Source of the DNA: Bugula neritina
Taxonomy: Eukaryota; Animalia; Bryozoa
NCBI GenBank assembly: GCA_964035545.1
Contig: OZ037767.1
Location: 1,313,680 to 1,377,679, forward strand
Direction of reading: 5' to 3'
Length of the DNA stretch: 64,000 nucleotides
Shown here: piece by piece, positions 25,701 through 43,926 of the stretch
Position numbering within the stretch: position 1 is the stretch's first letter
How the letters are laid out: each line of letters starts with the position of its first letter
Notes under the pieces: model-generated
Databases searched by the model: none
What the model saw: the letters and a program-made list of their open reading frames with translations, nothing else
What the model was told of the DNA's origin: nothing
Program-made: the position numbers and the translations under genes

Positions 25701-27011
25701 ATATTAACTACTATGTTATATATTAACTGCTATGTTATATATTAACTACTATGTTATATATTAACTACTATGCTATATATTACCTACTAAGTCATATATT
25801 AACTGCTATGTTATATAATAACTACTATGTTATATATCATGACGATACTCACTGCACAGAACTGCGACTGCTAGCTTCGGCATCTGACCCAGAATCCTCT
25901 CCTTCATCTGACTTCCTTTCCGCTGCCTCGCTGTCGCTGCCTGAGGAGCTCTCAGAGATGAGACCCATGCGCTGAGCCTTAGCCTCTACAGAGCACACAA
26001 CTCCCAATTAGACACACACTAATCTCTCTTATACAAACTCTGAACTTTCTATTACCACAATGCAGTATTATATATTAGACTTGAGAGTTTATATTCCATG
26101 AAGGAAAAAATATTTTAAAATATCCTAAAGTTTTGCTATGAAATTGTTAAAACCGGATTCTACTGTCATTTGCTGTTATGTTGACACAACTATTAGCTCT
26201 CACCGATATGTCTGTTTTACACACCTTGCGTTTTTCTTGCGTGACGCTTTGCTTTCAGTTCCTCAATGGCGGAACGCTGTTTGGATTCTTTACTATTCTC
26301 TATGGCAGCCTTTCTCTCTCTACTGCGAGCTGAGGCAGCATTCTCATCGGCAGCGATAGAAGCTGACACAGGTTTAGCAGAGGGGGCAGCTGGCTTTGGT
26401 TTACTGACTTTCTGCTTTTTAGAGGCTTCACCTTTCTGTTTCCTCTTCAGCTTTTGTTCAATATCAAATCTATAAGAGAGAGATATGGAGACGTGAGGTT
26501 ACTAGGTACCTCTGGAGTTAGTTACTAGCTACCTCTGGAGTTAGTTACTAGGTACCCCAAGTGTTAGTTATTAGGTACTTCAAGTGTTTGTTACTAGCTA
26601 CCCCAAGTGTTAGTGACTAGGTACCTGGTTTTTAACATATCTCTTCTCTCCAGACGCTCAAATATGATTTTCTCTCTTTCCTTTTGGGTCATCTGCTCTA
26701 AGCGTTTCCTGTCTTCCTCATCTCCCATTAGATTATCGTCGTAGCCATCATCAAACACCTCCTCTTCACCTGATGAGCCGCCAGATTTATTTCCTTTGGG
26801 ACTGCCAGCCGCTGAGCCTCCCGATACTTCCCCTTTAAGTAGCACAAGAGTGAGCAGTAGTGGTAGTGGTGGTAGTAGTAGTAGTAGCAATAGTAGCAGC
26901 AGCAGCAGTAGTAGTAGTATAGTAGTAGTAGTAGCAGTAGTAGTAGTAGTAGTAGTATAGTAGTAGTAGTAGCAGTAGTAGTAGTAGTAGCAGCAGTAGT
27001 AGTAGTAGTAC

Positions 27012-27055
<44 letters not shown>

Positions 27056-27154
27056 CTAGTAGTAGTAGTAGTAGCAGTACTAGTAGTAGTAGTAGTAGTG
27101 GTAGTAGTAGTAGCACTAGTAGTAGTAGTACTAGTAGTAGTACTAGTAGTAGTG

Positions 27155-27188
<34 letters not shown>

Positions 27189-27449
27189 CACTAGTAGTAG
27201 TAGTACTAGTAGTAGCAGTACTAGTAGTAGTACTAGTAGTAGTAGCAGCAATAGTAGTAGTAGCAGTAGTAGTAGTAGTACTAGTAGTAGTGGTAGTAGT
27301 AGTAGTAGTACTAGTAGTAGTAGTAGCAGTACTAGTAGTAGTAGTAGTGGTGGCAGTACTAGTAGTAGTAGTACTACTACTAGTAGTAGTAGTAGTAGTA
27401 GTATTGGTAGTAGTAGTACTAGTAGTACTAGTAGTAGTAGTAGCAGTAC

Positions 27450-27496
<47 letters not shown>

Positions 27497-28250
27497 ATAG
27501 TAAGACCTACCATCCTCCTTCTCTGATTGGTCAGAATCATCACTGGACGAAGACGATGAAGAGCCAGAACTGCTATCACTCAATGATTTGTTTAAAGTTT
27601 TCTTTGCTGGAGTTTTTGCAGTCTTTAATTTTCTTTTAGACTTGCCGTTAGCAGACCACTAAACAAGAGGAATGTGAGTCACATGAGTAGAAGCCGCTTG
27701 ATATTCCAAGACAATTAGTTCAATCTTTTTCAATCAGAGCTAACTCTATCATAATCAGTGAAGCTGCAGCAAATTTAAAATATAAAAACAAAGGTTGAAG
27801 CGAGAGAGAATGCTTGAGAAAGAAATTATTCAAAAGTCATGTGACTTCAGCAATGCTACTGTGAAACGCATTTCTTAGCGACCTAACGATTTATATACAG
27901 CACCGTTTTTACCATGAACCCGAAATATTTTTAAACAAAGCTAAAAACCGGAAACATACCTCCTCGTCACTCTCTTCAGAACTGGAGTCTGAGTAGGTGG
28001 CCAGGTTGGGTTTGCTGACTGCTTGTTTCCTCGGCCTTGTACGTCTTTTAGTGCTCTGTATCAAACCATACACTTTACTGACATTCTGATGGACTGAAAA
28101 CAATGAACTGACTTATTCAAATAAAAACTGTCCCTTAAATACAACACAAACCTCCTCAGAATCACTGTTACTACTAGCTGATGAATTTCCTCCTTCACTA
28201 TCCGACGATTGGATTGTCTTCTGTCGCTTGGCTTTATTACCACCCGCCAT
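22724..28250 (-). CDS. RTF1: RTF1, PAF1 complex subunit with Plus3 domain, ~15 coding exons
   Basis: [38 protein letters not shown]; Plus3 [30 protein letters not shown]...[18 protein letters not shown]; [10 protein letters not shown]; [17 protein letters not shown]; C-terminus [14 protein letters not shown]. Start [11 protein letters not shown] at 28250. Confidence 0.96.
23368..23604 (-). repeat. GTGAG-rich 7/14/21-bp repeat starting at an RTF1 donor
   Basis: On - strand GG|GTGAGTGAGTCACTCTGAACTGTGAGTTAGTCACTGTGAG... Confidence 0.88.
25507..25835 (+). repeat. 19-bp minisatellite filling an RTF1 intron
   Basis: Unit TATATTAACTACTATGTTA, ~15 copies. Confidence 0.93.
26498..26626 (-). repeat. 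23-bp repeat x~6 starting at an RTF1 donor
   Basis: On + strand GTTACTAGGTACCCCAAGTGTTA variants; the last copy holds the donor AG|GTACCT on -. Confidence 0.88.
26855..27500 (+). repeat. Long imperfect (AGT)n microsatellite in an RTF1 intron
   Basis: ~650 bp of AGT with AGC/ACT/GGT interruptions. Confidence 0.97.
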
Positions 28251-28399
28251 GTTATTATCACTAGTTTATTAATACTGTTTTATTCCTGATACGATCTCCT
28301 GAAATAATGACTGCATTAAATAACATAGTCCGAAAATTAAGGTTTAAAAACACATCACTATTGTAAACGTTCGGAAAAGGAAGTCAAACAGTCTAAAAT

Positions 28400-29260
28400 T
28401 GGTAAGATAAAATCACAGTAACTATCATATCAACTACCATAGAGTACTGAATGATTTGTGTTAGCAAAAAACAACTACAAGTAATAATAATGATAACCAT
28501 GACGATAAGATTAGGTAACTACAGTAATAGTAATAAATATAATCATAACAATAATATTAATATGAATTAAAATATTTACATTAATATAAACATTTTTTAT
28601 TTAAACTTAAATTTCCAGTTACAGGCACAGCTATTAGTATTAGACTTAGTATTACATTTACTGGGCTATGCAGTATACTTGACTTCATCTAATTTTATTA
28701 GAAACGAAAATAGAAATTTAAATTGCGAATTTTTTTTAAACTTTAACCTGAACTTCAACTTAAGTCAACAACAATAATATGAATATGAAATACATATCAA
28801 ATAATGAATACAAAATGAGAATGAATAGCTATGGCTGAAATTGAATGAGAATAACTGGAAGTAGGTAACTATAAGAATAACAATAACATTATCAAAATGA
28901 TTATGATTAATATTATCCTCAAGTTCATGATTAACAATAACTATAAGTATAACTCAACTGAGGTAATAAACTGAGGTAATAAACTCTAACTGTAACACTA
29001 CCTGTAAGTTAAAGTGTAACTCAAACTTACTAACACTAACAGCAACACCAACTGTAATTGTAAGAATGACAATTAGAATAAGGTTCAGAATGGCAGTGAA
29101 CGCTTACAGTTACAGTTAGTCACTTAGTGTTACTGTTGGTGTTAGACTTAGTGTTACTTATACTTATAGAGTTATACTCATACTCATACTGATACTGTTA
29201 GTGTTAGTCATAGTGTTACAGCTACTCATTATGATTAATGATTCAATCCAATAATTAAAA
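28400..29260. other. 6-bp-phased TNA tract (RTF1 5'-UTR intron)
   Basis: From 29055: TAA ttg TAA gaa TGA caa TTA gaa TAA ggt TCA gaa TGG cag TGA. Confidence 0.85.
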
Positions 29261-29299
29261 GCGGCCAGCAATTATTTAAGTAATATCAATTAATTTCAC

Positions 29300-30010
29300 T
29301 ACATAACAATTTCATATCACGATAAATTCCATCCAAATACTGCGTGCGTTTAACTGCAGTCAACGTGAACATGTATTGGTAACATTTAACATCCTAAAAA
29401 ATACAAGAATTATCATTACCGAGTTTCCTGTGGAGTGTCTCTTTCCAATACGGGCAAACAAGTCAAAATATTTTGGACGCCTCTGTTTAAGCAGCAATAT
29501 CGACTCTAGTAAGTAAATAGCGCACGCAGAACTACATTGGCGCGATAATGTTCTGGTCCGTTTTAAAGTAAGTCGATTTTGTAATTCTAGCGATAACCAA
29601 TGATGAGACGGTATTCCTTACATATGCATCATTGCTTATGTAGAGAGTTATCGTATTTACTTAATAGCTAACGCGTAAAGAAATCACTAATGAATGTAGT
29701 TGTGACACAGGCATACCTCCCGCACTAAATCTCTCCCATGCAGTGGTTTCTGTTTAAGTCCTACTTTACATTAAAGCTAATTGTGCCGATTCCAATAAAA
29801 TACGTTACGTAACAACATTGCTCTCTCTATCTAATCTAACAATACGCTTCAAAGTTTTACTTAGATGTCATATAGTACTTCGATAGTTAATTTTTTATTT
29901 CCATTGTCACTTTTGCATTAAAAATAAATGAGTTATCATTAACATTTTTATGCCTTCACCGAGTATCATCGAGTATCAGTTGGTCGATGATTTTATAATA
30001 AAGTTAATGT
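29300..30010. promoter_or_regulatory. Bidirectional promoter with non-coding first exons of RTF1 (-) and the COX20-like gene (+)
   Basis: CpG-containing stretch between two divergent genes. Candidate donors: CTCG|GTAATG on - at ~29420 and AAT|GTGAGT on + at ~30008. Matching acceptors lie at ~28298 (-) and ~30752 (+). Confidence 0.55.
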
Positions 30011-30089
30011 GAGTTCTATATCATCAAGCATGTAATTTTACTCTCTTACAGTTCTCGCATAATTCTTTCGTTTCAGTTTTTCCTCCTTT

Positions 30090-30590
30090 CTACTTCTATT
30101 ACTATTAGTATTACTAGTAGTAGTACTAGTACTGTAGTAGTTCTACTTCAACTTGTACTTGTAGTTCAGGTTGTAGTTCTAGTTCTTGTAGAACTACTGC
30201 TAGAAGCTCAAGGATAAGTACTACTACTGCTGCTGCTGCTGCTGCTACTACTACTGCTACTACTACTACGTCTACTACTACTAGTCTATTACTATTAGTA
30301 TTACTATTACTATTAATATTAACTATTAGTATTATTATTATTTTAGTTTGTCACAAAGTGCAAGCTTTAGTTTGACTTTGAGTTTAGGTACTACTACTAC
30401 TACTACTAGTACTAGTAGTAGTACTACGTCTACTCATTCTAAGTGCTATACAACTGCATTAATGATTAATTTAAATATGTTTAGCATCATTGTGATTGTC
30501 ATGGTGTAATTTTCAAAGTCAAAGTTCAAATCAAAAGTCAAAGTCTGAATTCTGAATCTCTTGTTAAACTTTAAGCTCTCACATTCTGGT
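30090..30590. other. 6-bp-phased TNA tract mixed with CTA/CTG triplets (COX20-like 5'-UTR intron)
   Basis: From 30481: TTA gca TCA ttg TGA ttg TCA; also TAA ttt TCA aag TCA aag. Confidence 0.7.
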
Positions 30591-30797
30591 TCTGTTCTTT
30601 TCCAAGTTTTTTCCTAAGTAAATTCAATCTGCTGAATTATGTAGTGATAGTTCATGATATAGGAAACTTAATCTAAAATTTATTTTTGGTGGCTAACCTT
30701 GTAATTGTTAGCAGAACATTAATTTGCATGACTTTATTATTGTTTTTTGTAGGTAAACATTTCAACTGTATCAAAACATTAGTATTGCCAATATTCA

Positions 30798-32648
30798 ATG
30801 CGAATCTGTCTTCCCAGAGTTACTATGTCAAACTGTAGGTTATTGGTTATCTGTGGATGTAAACTGTCACAAAGTCAGGCCAATCTATTGAAATGTAGAA
30901 CGTTTTCAACAAATGTGCTATTTTCAAGACCAGTTTCATCTAAACTTGCACGTCTGCAACATGACAATAGAAGCCCTGCGGTCTCTCATGGAGAAGCCAA
31001 CTTAATCAGTCTAAGCTACTTTAAAAGGGACTCTGTGCTGGTGCCAGGTCGTGGCCATATTAGGAATTTATCTCAAGATTCAAATATAAATAAGAAAAGC
31101 GAATGGTCTTTTGCAAAGAAACTGGCTTTACTATGGGGTGGTGCAGTGGCAGCTATCGGGTTAATTCTATACCTGGATTTCAATACACATGGTAAGCATT
31201 CATCCAACTGTTTTTATCAAACTTTTTCTTGGTAAAAGCAGAATTAATTCTTATGTTTTATGAATTTTTTTCTTGCCTCCTGCTGTAAAAACATATAGGT
31301 TGCCTTATTAAATAATATACACAGAAGTATGTTAAAAGCTATCGTTTTTCAGTTTAATTTTCTATGCAGTCAGTTAAGTTAGTTGAATGAATATCCAACA
31401 GTTTTTTTTAATATCCAAACCTTTTCTATGCGTTGACTCTCAAAAGTAAACAATCGAATGCTGTACTATTGTTATTAATGTTTGTATTTTTCACTTGCAT
31501 TTAACTGTTTTCACTGCAGTGAGCTTTGAATGATATGTCTATTTCACAGCTGTCTGCATTGTAGCTCAAGTTCTCAGTCTATCCTTACGGTTTGCAAATA
31601 ACTTCTTAGCCTTATGCTAGTTTGTTCCTGGGGTCTATTTTCTTGTATCTGTCAATATTGTTCTCCACTTACAGGTAAATATGTGGATGCAGAGGAGATA
31701 AAGAGAAAGCAGCAAGTAAGTTCATAGTTTTCTATAAATATTCGGTTTTCCGTGAGTTACTTTGAAGTTGTGAGATGTATAAGTACAGTCTTTCTATAAA
31801 ATAGCATGATTCTTGTATATATAAAGTATTCTACACTCTACTAGTTCTAAATGTAGTGTCAAGTAATCTTCTAGATTTTTAAGATTATATTTTATCTGGT
31901 AAATGAGTTATCAAGTTTTGTAGAGAATGCAGGGCGAGGAGGGCGGAGTTTTGAGATATATAATATCAATGCCGTGTATGAGGAACACGTTAATGTTGAT
32001 GATGGTGGGTGGTCTGACATCATGGGTGGTCACATTTCTTCTCACAAGTACGTCATACCTTGCGTTTTACTATTCTCCATTATTGTATAGATGACGTCTA
32101 TTATTCCCTGTTGTATTGTATTTAGAGTTATGTTCTATTGGCTGACAATGTTTTAGGTAATCCACGGAGGGCTTTCCTCATGTTATGTAACTCTCCAGTT
32201 ATCCTTGGCACTTTATTCTTGTAAGTATCTTCTAATATACTTCATCCAATCTACTACATTGTGTTAGGAATAGCCATGTATGATTTCAGAGTTGTCCTCT
32301 CTCTTTCATAGTGTAACTTAAGCCTTACTATTTATCTTTTCCGATATTGTGCGTTACTGTTTCCGGGCACACAATATCTAATTTTATTGAAGATTTTTTA
32401 ACTTGAATCACCGTAGTTGGAATTGGATAAGCACTATTTTTATGGTGACCTATCATATTAGAAATATTAATTTGTAATACTGCTTCTTATTGGTTGTTTT
32501 ATTTGGTTGCAGTGCCTTCTGTAGTTATGAAACTGCAGGTGATCAAGCTGACGTTGCAGAGTTCCAGTCAGCATTAGATGGCATTAGGAAGAAGCACACT
32601 TTACATGAAGACATCCCCCCTCAGAGTTCTGATGATACAAAGAAATGA
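30798..32648 (+). CDS. COX20: COX20/FAM36A-like cytochrome c oxidase assembly factor with long N-terminal extension (presequence-like region plus extra TM), 252 aa
   Basis: Exons 30798-31191, 31675-31715, 31924-32047, 32157-32220, 32513-32648 total 759 nt in frame. The C-half PCMRNTLMLMMVGGLTSWVVTFLLTSNPRRA...FAFCSYE...GIRKKHTLHE aligns by eye with human COX20 PCARHSILYGSLGSVVAGFGHFLFTSRIRRS...WFHCRYN...EIKKKILYE. Confidence 0.72.
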
Positions 32649-33499
32649 GGCTATAAAGTTGATAATGAATAGAGAGCAACTGGAATAAGGCTGTAATAGC
32701 TAATGAGCATTGGAAAATAATTTATTGATTTGGTTTATATTTTTACCAACAATATAAACTGGCTATTAGATATGCTGTTGTAACTTTGTAATGACAGAAT
32801 TACCACTAGTGGGTAGTAGTTTGAAGTTGTCTCATCTCTAAGCTTTTTTACTTCGCAGTGTACATAAGTTCCAGTATATTATATGCAAAACACAGCTGTT
32901 TGTTTTTAACCGATTTTTTTATTTGCCAATTAAAATAAAGGTTGATCTTTTATAAGTGATGGAAACGTTGTTTATGAGTGGAGTGGTTTCTATACCACCA
33001 TCTCGATTATAAACAGTTGAAATATACAAAAACAAATAGGCAATATTTTCTGTCAGCTTCAACTGCAACTGTTCATAGAATTAAATTTTCTTCATCATTT
33101 CTTGTCTAATTGTATATGATCATTTTGTTTATGGTTTGAATAGTCCTAGTGATATGGTACCGCGTTTTTCACTGGCTCGGCAGGAATGAGAACATTATAG
33201 AGTTATCATTCCCTAAACGTTTTGGGTAGGATAACTCTACAGTCAAATCGCTGGTACACTGACTGCGTTCGGAACCCTCAGTTTCGACCCAAGCTAGCGG
33301 CTTCTATCAATGCTCTCTTGCAGTTCAAAGTTTTGTAGGTCTTGTTGCAGCTTATTTTCTCCTTTTAGAAAGCAGTTTCCGGATTTAGCTTAGAAAATTA
33401 AAATGCTATCAATACCAGGCATTAAAGTGATACTATAGCGCTATAATTATGTTTATTATAATCACCATGTGTAAGAGTAATGGAAAAAAAGACACTAGA

Positions 33500-34460
33500 A
33501 TATTAATAACTATCAACTTCAAACACTAGCAGTGAATGAGTAATTGTAAATACTTATAGTTATAGTTATACTAATTACTTATTACTAATACTAATACTAA
33601 TAGTAATACTGATACTATTTACTATTAGTATTACTATTAGTATTAGTAATAGTAATACTAATAGTAATAGTAATACTCATAGTCATACTCATACTGTAAT
33701 ACTAATAGTAATACTAATACTTGAATTTATAGTAATAGTTAAAGTTATTGTTAACTACAAGTAGTGAAGTACAACTTTAACTTAAGTTATTAAGTAAACC
33801 ATTAACTTAGAGTTAGTCCTATAAGTTTCAAGTATTACTATTACAGTATGAGTATTAGTATTTAGTATAACTATTACATTTACTGGTATTACATTTACTA
33901 TTTAATTTTATATTACATTTAGATTTAGTTTTAACTTAGTCTTATAACTAAATACTATTACTATTAGTATTACTATTATTACTATTAGTATTCTCATTCT
34001 GTATTAGTATTAAATTTAATTACTGTAAGTCAAGGTGTATCACTATCAGTATCATATTCATGATGATATTGATTATGAGTATAACTATAACTATAGGACC
34101 AAGTGTTACTATTAGTATTACTATTAGTATTAGACTTAGTAGTATTACTAGGTACAGTAATCGTACTCAGTATGAGTACGAGTAATACTAATAGTAATAG
34201 TAATACTTATACTAGGGCCAGCAATTAATATTATAATAATATGATATTAACACTAGTAATAGTGACAGTTATCATAGTTGTCATAACAATTATTATAAAT
34301 TAAAATTATCATTTTCATATTGATACTCATTAATCAATTTTGTTTAGTAGTGGTAGTATTAGTTATTAGTTATTAGTATTAGTTATATTCATAATTGTTA
34401 TAATATTTTGCAATAATGATACTTAAGATCAATTGTGTTTTTATCACATTTTCATTTTGA
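33500..34460. other. 6-bp-phased TNA tract (DPP9 5' region)
   Basis: From ~33647: TAA tag TAA tac TAA tag TAA tag TAA tac TCA tag TCA tac TCA tac. Confidence 0.85.
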
Positions 34461-35372
34461 CAAAATTGCATCGAAATCTGGAATTTAAAAAATTGTTTTG
34501 CTAAGCATAAACTAAGTATTAGATTGTAAATGTATCTGTGTGGCATTTTTGGGATGCAATTTTAATGATGCATTTACTGCCCTTCACAGTGTAAGTATTT
34601 GTGCGTGAGAGAGAAATCTTTGGGGTAGAGTCAAGAGGGGCAGAGTTTGTATATGTTAAATCAAATAATTACCTAGACAAGCAAAAATAAAACTGAACAC
34701 TTTTGACTAAAGCAGGTAATGTCCAGCTCAACTAATGTTGCTGGTATCAAAAAAACAACTTGGTTTTTGAGAATCAGTTATATATTTATATAAACTTAAA
34801 GCTATTTGTTGGCATTTGCATTATGATCAAGTTTGCAATTATTCCTAGCAGTATAAAAAGTACAGATGATGATGATAAAAACTAATCAATTGATACACCA
34901 GAAGCCTAAAATCAATGAATAAAGTCATTGGAAGCAAAACTGAAAAACTGAACGGTCATTTGACCCTTCTAATTGCAGTCAACTATTCCTTAGTATTGGA
35001 TGCAAACTGATATTTTAGGCTCCGAGATTTTGTAGCTAAGCAGAAATACATACATGTAACAAGCGGTTAAGTAAAAGATAGATCTATATGTCTTAGAAGA
35101 TTGAGTCAGTTATTCTCTGTCTCTTAATGCATGCAATCAAAGAATTAATACATCCAACTATATGTTTATGAAACGCTAGTGTTCATTTCATTAGACGGTT
35201 CAACACTTGAGATGCTATTCACTTACTTTATGTAATTCTTGTCACTGGGATAACTTTGAAGAGTTTTCTTATCACTCTCTCAATTTTCATGAGTTGATCC
35301 CTAAATTATATATTAAATTTCTGTTGCTCAGTGACAGCCTATCATAGCTCTCGATTGTGAGGAGATAATAAA

Positions 35373-42761
<7,389 letters not shown>

Positions 42762-43926
42762 ACTATTATCTTTGATCGCAAATTTCAATGCCATTCAACT
42801 TTTAACCTAATTGTGCTCTAGCTTAGTTTATATACCGATACAGCTCTTTCTACAAACAGCCTGCCATAAAATGTATTGTTATGACTATTTAGGAACTAGA
42901 GCTAGCAATTTATATTCTATAAATTTATAGAAATGAATTTGCATAGTTATCTAGTAAAATGAGTTGCCGAAGCTTAACTTAACAAGTTATTAATTAAATA
43001 CTTTGCTGCTAAAATTATGCAATGTGCTATTCTCAAAAACTTGATAAAATATTTCGAACAGTGCCATCAAATAAACGAGTACACAACCCCAAGTAGTGTA
43101 TTTGGAATAACCTTGAGCAACTTTCTGGGCTGGTGCTAGGATTGCCGATAAAATTTCGGTTTTGCATTTGCGATAAACTTTTTCTGTAACACGCATTCAG
43201 ATTGGTTACTCAATATTGCAATTATTTCGATAGCCAGTTTAGACAGCTCACGGCAAAATCTTAAATTATTTCTGCCAAAAATTGGTTTCTCGTAGATTTT
43301 GTTTAGCCAATGAAATAATTTTTGTATTTTAGAACCTTTTAATTTGCATTTCAAAATTACTGTAATCATATGTTATTCAGTAGAGAATTTTCCGGCAATA
43401 TATTATGTTCTTGGAACTTACAAGCCTCCTCTTATGAATATATTACATCATTTCTATAGGAAGTTTATCGGTTAACTCTATTAACTTTAAATAATGTTTA
43501 TTTTTATTTTAAGGTTATAGCCAACTAAAAAGTCATAATATTAAACTCTCTACTTATCTGGGATTTTGACAAGTTTTGTGATGAGAATAAACATTTATTT
43601 TAGATTAGATGCAAATAAATTAGGGCCTAGATTTCACGGAGACTTATTCGTTGACCATAAACTAACCTAACAGTAGAGCTAGAAAAATAGCAGCTTGTAT
43701 TACCTCCATACATTTTTGGCTTATAAATAGAACTATTGATATATTTTGTTAAAATTGACAATAAATAAATATAATATATTAGAATGTTATCTTGCGGATA
43801 TAATAAACAGCTTCAATTGATAGAATGTTCTAGAGAATAGCTGAGTGACATCACAGCTCCAAGAAGACCAGATAGCTGTCAGTTGTTACTGGTGCACAAT
43901 CTCCAAGCTGGAAAACACCCTCCTAG

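Noticed and set aside
26728-27579. Poly-Thr, poly-Leu and poly-Val ORFs (mucin-like)
   Set aside because: (AGT)n microsatellite in an RTF1 intron; the RTF1 frame itself hits TAG stops there.
28400-29260. Interstitial telomere explanation for the TNA tracts
   Set aside because: Essentially no TTAGGG/CCCTAA units; spacers are diverse and both orientations mix, unlike a decayed telomeric array.
33240-33310. Pol III B-box-like GTTCGGAACC suggesting a tRNA or SINE
   Set aside because: No cloverleaf or A-box can be built; more likely part of the DPP9 promoter.
34860-34952. C/D snoRNA-like ATGATGA...CTGA
   Set aside because: No terminal stem or recognisable rRNA guide; the C box is part of a GAT run.
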